Of a DNA stretch of 64,000 nucleotides, positions 26,422 through 34,445 are shown piece by piece. The position numbers and the translations under genes were made by a program. Each line of letters starts with the position of its first letter. Position 1 is the stretch's first letter. The stretch spans positions 3,930,302 to 3,994,301 of the forward strand of contig OZ244801.1 of NCBI GenBank assembly GCA_965219985.1, given 5' to 3'. The stretch is from Phototrophicaceae bacterium. GTDB lineage: Bacteria; Chloroflexota; Anaerolineae; Aggregatilineales; Phototrophicaceae. The notes beneath the pieces were generated by a model. The model made no database searches. It saw only the letters and a list, made by a program, of their open reading frames with translations, and was not told the DNA's origin.

Positions 26422-27336
26422 ATGAATTTGACCTACAACTCGGTGGATGAATTGCAGGGTGCGCTGGCGGAGCAGGATTATATCGCCGAGCGCGGTTTGG
26501 CGGTGGCGATTTATTTGGCGCTGAAAACGGGCAAACCCCTTTTCCTCGAAGGCGACGCCGGCGTGGGCAAAACGGAAATCGCCAAGGTGCTGGCGGCGCT
26601 GCTGGAGACCGAGCTGATCCGCATGCAATGTTACGAGGGCTTGGACATCAACACCGCCGTCTACGAGTGGAATTACGCCGGGCAGATATTGCACCTGCGC
26701 CTGATGGAGCGGGAGAGCCTGGGGCGCGAGGCGATGGAGCGTGAACTCTTCTCCCAGCGCTTCTTGCTGAAGCGACCGCTGCTGCAAGCCATTGAGCATA
26801 CACATGAAGGCGCGGCGCCGGTCTTGCTGATTGATGAATTGGACCGCTCGGACGAAGAGTTCGAAGCATTCCTGCTGGAATTGCTCTCCGACTTTCAGAT
26901 TACCATTCCGGAGTTGGGTACCATCAAAGCCACGATGCCGCCGGTGGTCGTGGTGACCTCCAATCGAACGCGCGAGATTCACGATGCCTTGAAGCGCCGC
27001 TGCTTGTACTACTGGATTGACTATCCGCATTTTCACAAGGAGTTGCAGATCGTCGAACGCAAGGCGCCCTTGATCGCCCCGATGCTGGCGCGGCAGATCA
27101 CGGCCTTCATCCAGGATATGCGCTCGATGGAGCTGTTCAAGCGCCCGGGCATCGCCGAAACGCTGGATTGGACAGCCGCCCTGATCGCGCTCGACCAGAA
27201 TGAACTCTCGCTGGAGACGGTGCAAGATACACTGGGTGTGATCCTCAAGTACCAGGACGATGTGGATATGCTGGACGCGGCCACCATCCAAAATATGATT
27301 GAGCGCGCCAAAGTCGAGGCGCAGCGAGCCGGCTAA
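26422..27336 (+). CDS. MoxR-class AAA+ ATPase (CoxD-like)
   Basis: Walker A GDAGVGKT and Walker B LLIDELDR; the size and sequence flow are typical of CoxD/MoxR. Confidence 0.8.
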   Translation: MNLTYNSVDELQGALAEQDYIAERGLAVAIYLALKTGKPLFLEGDAGVGKTEIAKVLAALLETELIRMQCYEGLDINTAVYEWNYAGQILHLRLMERESLGREAMERELFSQRFLLKRPLLQAIEHTHEGAAPVLLIDELDRSDEEFEAFLLELLSDFQITIPELGTIKATMPPVVVVTSNRTREIHDALKRRCLYYWIDYPHFHKELQIVERKAPLIAPMLARQITAFIQDMRSMELFKRPGIAETLDWTAALIALDQNELSLETVQDTLGVILKYQDDVDMLDAATIQNMIERAKVEAQRAG

Positions 27337-27355
27337 GCCCCGTGCCTGTCGGGAG

Positions 27356-27404
27356 GTAGGGGCGACCGACGGGCAGTGTCTACGCGCCCCACTGGGTCGC
27401 CCGC
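27356..27404. repeat. Composite REP hairpin carrying the 20-nt motif GGGCAGTGTCTACGCGCCCC in its loop
   Basis: gtaggggcgacc...ggtcgcccgc arms. The internal motif recurs at 40941-40960 and 51782-51801. Confidence 0.7.
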
Positions 27405-27429
27405 AGTGACAACTACTGTGTGATACTAA

Positions 27430-28674
27430 ATGTCCAAAGACCCGCCAATCAACAGCCTCTACCTCGGTCCCGCGGAAAACCCGCATGACTACCGCGGCGG
27501 CAAGCTGACGCACAACCTGATTCTTTTCGGGCGCGTCTGCCGCGCGCTGGGAATGAACGTAACGCCCAACCGCATGATGGACGCGGGACGGGCGCTGGCG
27601 CATATTCAACTGGGCCGCAAGCAGGATTTCTACTTCACGCTGCGGACGCATCTGGTAACGCGCAAAAAGGAAATCGACTACTTCGACGAAGCCTTCGATC
27701 TGTTTTGGCGGCGGCCCTCCGATGGCTTCACGGCCTTGAACCTGCAATCGCTGGGTGAAGAACGGCGCAAGAAGAAGACGCAGTTCCTGCCGCCGCTGGA
27801 AGCCAGCCCAAGCGAGAACGGCGCTTCATCCCAGGAACTCGATTCGAGCATGATCGTGCTGGCGCCGACCTACAGCCGGCAAGAGCGCCTGCGCAACAAG
27901 GACTTCGCCGATATGACGGCGGAGGAACTGGAGATGGCCAAGCGCATGATCGCCAAAATGCCCGATTCGCTGGGCCTGCGCCGCACACGCCGCTTCGAGA
28001 ACGGCAAAGGCCGGCAGATCAATATGCGCCGACTGATGAAAGATATGATCCGCAAGCAAGGCGATGTGACGCGGCTGCCGACGCATCGCCGCAAGGACAA
28101 GCCGCGGCCGGTCGTTTTGCTCTGCGATATCAGCGGCAGCATGGAGCGCTATACGCGTATCTTGCTGCACTTCATGCACACCCTGGCCGGCTCGCTTTAT
28201 CAAGTAGAGTCCTTTGTTTACAGCACTGATATCACGCGAATTACGCGGCAAATTCGCCAGAAGAACGTCGACGACGCCCTGGAAGACATCGGGCAGACAG
28301 TCTTGCAGTGGGGCGGCGGCACGATGACCGGCGAGTGCCTGCGCGGCTTCAACTGGGTCTGGTCGCGGCGGGTGCTGGGCCGGGGCGCCATCGTCATTTT
28401 GATCACCGACGGCTGGGATCGGGGCGATATTCCGCAGCTGCACCGGGAGATGGCGCGGCTGAAATTGGCCTGCAAGCGGCTGATCTGGCTCAATCCGCTG
28501 CTGGATGTGCCCGAGTACGAGCCGCTGACCCGCGGCGCGCAGGCGCTGCTTCCCTATGTGCATGACTTTCTGCCCATCACGAATTTGTCCAACCTTGAGG
28601 TCATCGTCAAGGCGCTGCAGAATCTGAATGGCCGACAGAGCGCCGAACCGTATCGCAAGCGCTATCTGGCATAG
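27430..28674 (+). CDS. VWA-domain protein (CoxE-like)
   Basis: MIDAS-type DISGSM motif in VVLLCDISGSMERY, C-terminal ITDGWDRG and WLNPLL, as in the CoxE family. Confidence 0.8.
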   Translation: MSKDPPINSLYLGPAENPHDYRGGKLTHNLILFGRVCRALGMNVTPNRMMDAGRALAHIQLGRKQDFYFTLRTHLVTRKKEIDYFDEAFDLFWRRPSDGFTALNLQSLGEERRKKKTQFLPPLEASPSENGASSQELDSSMIVLAPTYSRQERLRNKDFADMTAEELEMAKRMIAKMPDSLGLRRTRRFENGKGRQINMRRLMKDMIRKQGDVTRLPTHRRKDKPRPVVLLCDISGSMERYTRILLHFMHTLAGSLYQVESFVYSTDITRITRQIRQKNVDDALEDIGQTVLQWGGGTMTGECLRGFNWVWSRRVLGRGAIVILITDGWDRGDIPQLHREMARLKLACKRLIWLNPLLDVPEYEPLTRGAQALLPYVHDFLPITNLSNLEVIVKALQNLNGRQSAEPYRKRYLA

Positions 28675-28684
28675 AGGAGACACA

Positions 28685-29737
28685 ATGCTGGACATACTCG
28701 CAACGATGAAACGCTGGCGTACGGAAGAGCGCTCGGTCGCGCTGGCGACCGTCGTCAAGACCTGGGGCTCGGCGCCCCGCCGCGAAGGCTCGAAGATGGG
28801 AATCACGGATGGCATGGCGATGATCGGCTCGGTCAGCGGCGGCTGCGTGGAAGGCGCAGTGGTGGAAGAGGCGCTGGCCGGCTTACGAGACGGCAAACCG
28901 CGCTTGCTCCACTTTGGCGTGGCCGATGACATGGCCTGGGAAGTCGGCTTGACCTGCGGCGGCAGCATCGAAGTATTCGTTGAGCCGCTCGATACGCTGT
29001 GGTGGGACGCGCTGGCCGATCTGGCCGAGAACGACAAATTCGGCGTAACGGTCACGGTCATCGACGGCGAATTTATCGGCGAGAAGGCGCTGCTTGATGG
29101 CGGCGGTGATGTACTGTACCAGACCGACGGGCTGCCGGATGACCTGCTGGCGCGGCTGAAAGCGGCGGCGGCGGATTGCAGCAAGAGCGGCATCGTCGCG
29201 TTGGATAAGTGCGCGGAAGCGAGCGCGACGCGCGTGATGGTCGATATGCAAGTGGAGCGCCCGCATCTGATACTCATCGGCGGCGTCCACGTCTCGATTC
29301 CCTTGCAGGCCATGGCGGCGCTAGTGGGATTTCGCGTCTCGATCGTCGATCCGCGCTCGGCCTTCGCCTCGAAAGAGCGCTTCCCTAACGCGGCCAATAT
29401 CCTGCACAGCTATCCCGACAAGGCGCTGCCCCAGCTCGGCCTGGACCGCAGCACTTATGTAGCGGTGCTCACGCATGACCCCAAGATTGACGACAAGGCG
29501 CTGACGACGGCGTTGCCTGCCAATATCCCCTACGTCGGCGTTTTGAGCAGCGGACGTACGCATCGGCAGCGGGTGGCGCGGCTGAAAGCAGCCGGCCTCA
29601 GCGACGATCACATCGCGCAAATTCGCACGCCCATCGGCCTCGACATCGGCGCGAGCACACCGGAAGAAATCGCGGTCTGCATCCTGGCTGAGATCATCGC
29701 TGTACGCAACGGCGCAGCGGCGGGACCCGCGCCATGA
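28685..29737 (+). CDS. XdhC/CoxI-family molybdoenzyme maturation factor
   Basis: ATG at 28685 after AGGAGA. N-terminal VALATVVKTWGSAPRREGSKM...GSVSGGCVE and a C-terminal Rossmann-like LILIGGVHVS...VLTHDPKIDD. Confidence 0.8.
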   Translation: MLDILATMKRWRTEERSVALATVVKTWGSAPRREGSKMGITDGMAMIGSVSGGCVEGAVVEEALAGLRDGKPRLLHFGVADDMAWEVGLTCGGSIEVFVEPLDTLWWDALADLAENDKFGVTVTVIDGEFIGEKALLDGGGDVLYQTDGLPDDLLARLKAAAADCSKSGIVALDKCAEASATRVMVDMQVERPHLILIGGVHVSIPLQAMAALVGFRVSIVDPRSAFASKERFPNAANILHSYPDKALPQLGLDRSTYVAVLTHDPKIDDKALTTALPANIPYVGVLSSGRTHRQRVARLKAAGLSDDHIAQIRTPIGLDIGASTPEEIAVCILAEIIAVRNGAAAGPAP

Positions 29738-30744
29738 AGTTCGGCGAGGTCGCGCTGGACGAGGCCGTCGGCGGCATCCTGGCGCACAAGCTCTATGACG
29801 ACGCCGGCAAGATGGTCTTTAACAAAGGGCGTCTGCTGAGCGCGGAAGACATCGTCCGGCTGCGGCGGCTGAGCCTGGAGCGCATCACCGTCGCGCAGCT
29901 GAGCAGCGCCGATTTGCACGAGGACGAAGCTGCCGCGCGCATCGGCGCCGTGGTGGCAGGACCGCAGGTGCGCATGCGGGCGCCGGGCGTCGGCCGCGCC
30001 AACCTCACGGCCAGCGAGCGCGGCGTCTTGCACGTCAACGTGCCGGCGCTGGAATTGATCAACAATATCTACGACGGCATCACCATCGCGACGCGGCGCG
30101 CTTACAGCCTGGTGGACGCCGGCGAGATGGTCGCCCTGGTCAAAGTCGTGCCTTTTGGCGTGCCGGCCGCGCGCGTGGTGGATGTCGAGCGCATCGCCGC
30201 AGCCGGCGCCGCCGTCTTGCAGGTGCGGCCGCTGCAAGCCATGCGCGTGGCGCTGATCGTCTCCGGCACGGAGGCCACGCGCGAGCGTCTGCTCAAGAGC
30301 TTTCACGAACCGGCGCGCCGGCGGATTGAAGGCTGGGGCAGCCAACTGCTCAAGCCCACCTATTGCGCTCACAACGCCGAGTCGGTCGCGGCGGCGATAA
30401 GGGCGCAGGCCAGCGCCGACTTGATTCTGGTGGCCAGCATATCGGCCATCATCGACCGCGAGGATGTCCTGCCCTCCGCCCTGCTGCTGGCTGGCGGCAG
30501 CATCACGCTGCATGGCGTGCCAGTCGACCCCGGCACGCTGCTGATGCTGGGCTACCTGGGCGAAACACCGGTGGTCGGCGCGCCGGGCTGCATTAAGTCG
30601 CCCAAGACCAATGTCATCGACTGGATCCTGCCGCGCCTGCTCAGCGGCGAGCGCTTGACCCGCGCCAATCTGGTGTCAATGGGGCACGGCGGCTTGCTGC
30701 AAGACATCGCCGAGCGCCCCATGCCCCGCAGCAAGACGGAATAG
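29734..30744 (+). CDS. Molybdopterin-binding (MoCF_biosynth/MoeA-CinA-like) domain protein
   Basis: The C-terminal half (RVALIVSGTE...ADLILVASISAIIDREDV...VDPGTLLMLG) resembles MoCF-binding domains. ATGA overlap with the xdhC-like gene. Confidence 0.6.
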   Translation: MKFGEVALDEAVGGILAHKLYDDAGKMVFNKGRLLSAEDIVRLRRLSLERITVAQLSSADLHEDEAAARIGAVVAGPQVRMRAPGVGRANLTASERGVLHVNVPALELINNIYDGITIATRRAYSLVDAGEMVALVKVVPFGVPAARVVDVERIAAAGAAVLQVRPLQAMRVALIVSGTEATRERLLKSFHEPARRRIEGWGSQLLKPTYCAHNAESVAAAIRAQASADLILVASISAIIDREDVLPSALLLAGGSITLHGVPVDPGTLLMLGYLGETPVVGAPGCIKSPKTNVIDWILPRLLSGERLTRANLVSMGHGGLLQDIAERPMPRSKTE

Positions 30745-30751
30745 AACCATG

Positions 30752-30908
30752 CCCCCACCCCCCAGCCTCCTCTCGCCATCTCCAGTGGCGCGTAGACGCT
30801 GCCACGCCTGGCGAGCATCCGACGCATCAGGGAGGGGAAGCGTCGCCAATCCCGAGCCAGGGCAAGGGAGCGGGCTTCCCCCCGTTGCTACGGGGGGATT
30901 GAGGGGGG
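30752..30908. repeat. C-tract/G-tract bounded hairpin-module repeat (about 157 bp)
   Basis: Begins cccccacccccc and ends ggggggattgagggggg. Contains hairpins such as cttcccccc-gttgcta-cgggggga. Related to the element at 49764-49877. Confidence 0.6.
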
Positions 30909-31498
30909 TAGGTTACGGCGCGCTTATCCTGGCGGCGGGCTTGTCCTCGCGCATGGTGGAGAACAAAGTGCTGCTGCCCTGGCGGGACGGCCGGCCGATT
31001 GTGAGGCATGTCGCCGCGTTGTACACAAGCGCCGGCATCGACCCGGTCATCGTCGTGACCGGTCGCGATGCGGCGGAAGTCCGCGCCGCCGTCGCTGAGC
31101 TGCCCGTTCGCTGCGTCCACAATCCCGACTACGCCAGTGGCGAGATGCTGTCGTCAGTGAAAGCTGGTTTAAGCGCGCTGCCTGAGGCGCTGGCCGCCGC
31201 CTTCATTCAGCCGGCCGACATGCCCTGTGTGCCGCAAGATGTCATCAGCGAGCTGGCCGCCGCGCACGAGCCGGGCTGGAATGTCGCGCCGCGCTGCCAG
31301 GGGCGGCGCGGGCATCCGGTGCTGCTGGATCGGGCTTATTGGCGGGCGATGCTGGAGTTGCCGGCGGATGCGCGGCCGAGGGCTGGGCTGCGCGGGTCGC
31401 GGCTGCGGCTGGTGGATGTGGAGGACGCGGGCGTACTGCTGGATCTGGATACGCGGACGGCTTATGAGCGGGTTATTCAAGCGGGAAGCCCGGAATAG
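30899..31498 (+). CDS. MobA-like NTP transferase (molybdenum cofactor cytidylyl/guanylyl-transferase, MocA-like)
   Basis: The conserved start of the family, ALILAAGLSSRM...K, is followed by PVIVVTG and QPADMP. I place the start at the TTG at 30899. The ATG at 30749 would add 50 aa translated from the repeat element. Confidence 0.65.
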   Translation: MRGVGYGALILAAGLSSRMVENKVLLPWRDGRPIVRHVAALYTSAGIDPVIVVTGRDAAEVRAAVAELPVRCVHNPDYASGEMLSSVKAGLSALPEALAAAFIQPADMPCVPQDVISELAAAHEPGWNVAPRCQGRRGHPVLLDRAYWRAMLELPADARPRAGLRGSRLRLVDVEDAGVLLDLDTRTAYERVIQAGSPE

Positions 31499-34445
31499 CG
31501 GCGTCAATCGCGGACATGACGCGAATCGTCTCGGATAAGGCGACCACGATTTTCTGATAGTGTTCTTTTTCGTCCAGGGACAGCTTGCGTCCGCGCCGGT
31601 CTTTCAGCCACTTGCGCGCGACCTGATAACCGCCGATGTGGAAGTCCCAGATCTCTTGCGGCACGCCGCCAAAGTACTGCGCCCTGTTGATGTGGACTTG
31701 CCCGCCCTTTGGCCTGTACTTTGGATAGCCCCGCGCCACCTCATCGTCGCCCTCTGTATCGAAAGTGGTCATGGTGTCGTTCAGCTTGGGCGACTTCATC
31801 AAGTGCAGACTGACCAATTCCGCGCCCAGCTTGACCAGCGTCCCAAACAAGTCCACATCCGCCGTCAGCGGCAAACGGGGAAAGTCGATTTTTAGAAACT
31901 CGGCGTAGCGTTCGCGGTAGGTCGGGCTGTGGAAAACGGCGTAGGCGTAGTAGAAGACGTCTTCTGGCCCGAACCAGTCGGGAGAATCGCCATTGGTGAA
32001 GGCGCTGCCCTCGGTTTCGAAGCGCAGGCCGAGCTTGGCTTCAATCTCGGCTACGAGTTCGCGGCTGAGGTTGGGACGGCGGCCCTTGGCGCTGAGCGGG
32101 AACTCGCTGGCGTCGTCCCCGAGGTCGAACTTGTCCGCGTCGGGGTAGAGGTAGAGCGGGAAAACATATGCGTTATCTTTTGACGAGATTACAGATTTGT
32201 CGGTAATGTGGTCTGCAACCCAAAAATTACCAAACAAGTTGATTCTAGGTCTTCTAAGTGTGATCAAAGCAAGGTTCTCGACTTCGTAAAGATGACGCAT
32301 TATTTCAAATCGAGGACGAGTGATTGTCTCCAAGTCATAGTCAATAAAGCGAATGTCGAAGACTCGATAATGAATCTTATCCTGTTTATGGTGAAGAAAA
32401 CTCACATTTTTCTTTTGAATAGTTATTGCCATACTGTTGGCACTGAAGCACTGCTCAATAGGATAGAATTTAGAATATGAGCTTCTATGTTCTAGGTTAA
32501 TTGGCTTAAACAAGTAATGAGGCTGAGTTGGAATGGGGAGCTGCCAATCTACGTCTCTATAATCATTAAAGTCTAAAAACTTGTACTTTGAATTTCTCTT
32601 GCCTTTCAAATCAAAGTAGAAAACATTGCAATCAATGTTACCCAATTGTTTGACCAAAATTACGATAGAAACACCCTGAACAATATCAAATACGTTTTCA
32701 TCCTTTTGCCCATTGGCAGAGGGAACTGATTTTCGTGAATCTCCGTGAAGATTGAGAATGTAGATGTCGTTGAATGTTGTCATTAGATTCTGCCGCATCC
32801 CGCGAAATGTCGGCGCATCCAAATAACTGTTATTCGTAATAAAAGCCAAGACCCCCTCGCCCGTTTGCTCGATGCGCCACTGCCCAAAGCGAATGAACTT
32901 GACATAATCGTCTTGCAGCCATTTGGGATTCCTTTCGCCGATAGGTTCGCCGTCAACGAAGTAATAGTCGCGCACCAAGTCGCGTATCCATTGCCCTTTG
33001 TTGGCGCTGTGCCCGCTGTAGGGCGGATTGCCCAGCACCACCATAATAGGCTTGTCGCGTTTGATGGCGGCCGCTTCGTTCGCCTCCGCGCTGATGAACT
33101 CAGCGAAGGGCAGCGGCGGAGCTTCCACTGCCTCTTCCAGCGTATTCGTCAGGTAGATGCCCAGGCGCTCGTTCTCTTTGAAGTCGTAGCCGGCCTCTTT
33201 CAGCTGCAAGCCCAGGTTCATGTGGGCGATGGTGTAGGGCGCCATCAGCAGCTCGAAGCCGAATATGCGCGGCAAGAGACGTTCTTCGACATAGCTTTTC
33301 CACAAGCCTCGTTGCCCCTCAAAGCGTTCTTTGATTTGTTCAATCACATAGTAGAGAAAAGTACCCGTGCCGGCGGCCGGGTCAAGGATGAGCGTGTCTT
33401 TGTCGGCGAGTCCAAGCGGTCGGCCAAAGCGGGTTATGAGAATATGGTCGACGCTGCGCACAATATACTTCACGACCGGCTCGGGCGTGTAATAGACGCC
33501 GCGGCGTTCGCGCAGGCTGGGGTTGTAGGCGGCGAGGAAGGTCTCGTAGAAATGCACGACCGGGTCGCTTTGCCCGCTGCGTGTGCCGAAGTGGGCGAGG
33601 ATGCTGTCCATATCGGTGTGACGCAATATCTCCACCAGGCTCTCCGTCAACCAGGACAAACGCCGGCCTAAATCGAAGCGGCTGTGATGAAATAGCTCGC
33701 GCAGGAACGGGTTGCTGCGCGGGATGTCGTCAGCGGCATTGCGCAGGCTGAAGCGCTTGGGATCGCCGAGGTAATGCACCCTCGATGCGAATAAGCCATA
33801 AGCCAGGGTCTGCGCGTACATATCGGCGAAGCTGGCGATATTCAGCCCGGGCAGCAGCGTGCGTTGGAAGGCGGTCATTTGATTTTGCAAATTGGATGTC
33901 GGGCTGTCGCTATTGAGGTCTTTCTCGATGAAATGGGCGATGAGCTGGGCATTGCGCGCCAGTCGCTGCGCCAGTTCTTGGGCGCTGTTGACGGACTGGA
34001 CGCTTTGCTGGCAAAAGCGCTGGAGCATCTCTGTAAGGTCGGCGTAGCCTTTGGGCTCGCGGATGATTTTGCCCGCTCGTAATCTGGCGATTTTGACGCT
34101 GTCAACTTTCTCCGCATTCACATACCAGCGGAATTCCAGATAATTCGTCAGCAGCAAGTTGCCATGCGCTTGATAGCGTTTGATTTGCTGCGTTTTTTCG
34201 GTGCGGCTGAGCGCATTGCCGATGTCTTTCGCTTCCACGATACCTATTGGCACATTGCCCGGTTGGCGCAAAACGACAAAATCCGGCATGCCAATTTCGG
34301 TGCGGGCGGGATCGTTAACAGCGCTCAATCCCGTGTCAGCCGATTCCAGCAGTTGCTTCAAAGCCGGTCGGTAAGCATGTTCGCCAGCCATTCCGGTTCT
34401 AAATTCATCTTGTATGTCGCTGAGATAATCTCTTATCGCGCTCAC
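31473..34445 (-). CDS. Type IIG (MmeI/type IIL-like) bifunctional restriction endonuclease / N6-adenine methyltransferase, 990 aa
   Basis: N-terminal PD-(D/E)xK (MPDFVVL...IGIVEAKD), motif I LDPAAGTGTF, motif IV VLGNPPYSG, and a conserved C-terminal domain (YYAYAVFHSPTYRERYAEFLKIDFPRLP...GGYQVARKWLKDRRGR). GTG start overlapping the upstream stop. Confidence 0.8.
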   Translation of the reverse strand: MSAIRDYLSDIQDEFRTGMAGEHAYRPALKQLLESADTGLSAVNDPARTEIGMPDFVVLRQPGNVPIGIVEAKDIGNALSRTEKTQQIKRYQAHGNLLLTNYLEFRWYVNAEKVDSVKIARLRAGKIIREPKGYADLTEMLQRFCQQSVQSVNSAQELAQRLARNAQLIAHFIEKDLNSDSPTSNLQNQMTAFQRTLLPGLNIASFADMYAQTLAYGLFASRVHYLGDPKRFSLRNAADDIPRSNPFLRELFHHSRFDLGRRLSWLTESLVEILRHTDMDSILAHFGTRSGQSDPVVHFYETFLAAYNPSLRERRGVYYTPEPVVKYIVRSVDHILITRFGRPLGLADKDTLILDPAAGTGTFLYYVIEQIKERFEGQRGLWKSYVEERLLPRIFGFELLMAPYTIAHMNLGLQLKEAGYDFKENERLGIYLTNTLEEAVEAPPLPFAEFISAEANEAAAIKRDKPIMVVLGNPPYSGHSANKGQWIRDLVRDYYFVDGEPIGERNPKWLQDDYVKFIRFGQWRIEQTGEGVLAFITNNSYLDAPTFRGMRQNLMTTFNDIYILNLHGDSRKSVPSANGQKDENVFDIVQGVSIVILVKQLGNIDCNVFYFDLKGKRNSKYKFLDFNDYRDVDWQLPIPTQPHYLFKPINLEHRSSYSKFYPIEQCFSANSMAITIQKKNVSFLHHKQDKIHYRVFDIRFIDYDLETITRPRFEIMRHLYEVENLALITLRRPRINLFGNFWVADHITDKSVISSKDNAYVFPLYLYPDADKFDLGDDASEFPLSAKGRRPNLSRELVAEIEAKLGLRFETEGSAFTNGDSPDWFGPEDVFYYAYAVFHSPTYRERYAEFLKIDFPRLPLTADVDLFGTLVKLGAELVSLHLMKSPKLNDTMTTFDTEGDDEVARGYPKYRPKGGQVHINRAQYFGGVPQEIWDFHIGGYQVARKWLKDRRGRKLSLDEKEHYQKIVVALSETIRVMSAIDAAIPGFPLE

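Noticed and set aside
26422-28674. MoxR ATPase plus VWA pair as a possible NTP-dependent conflict/defence module
   Set aside because: The immediate downstream genes are XdhC-, MoCF- and MocA-like. The VWA protein has CoxE-type C-terminal motifs, so the ordinary explanation (molybdoenzyme maturation) is much more likely.
26371-29397. Long minus-strand ORFs (26371-27747, 458 aa; 27826-29397, 523 aa) opposite the CoxD/CoxE/XdhC-like genes
   Set aside because: The translations are low-complexity and rich in Arg/Ala/Gly/Pro, with no recognisable motifs. They lie antisense to genes with clear family signatures. Long open antisense frames are expected at this GC content.
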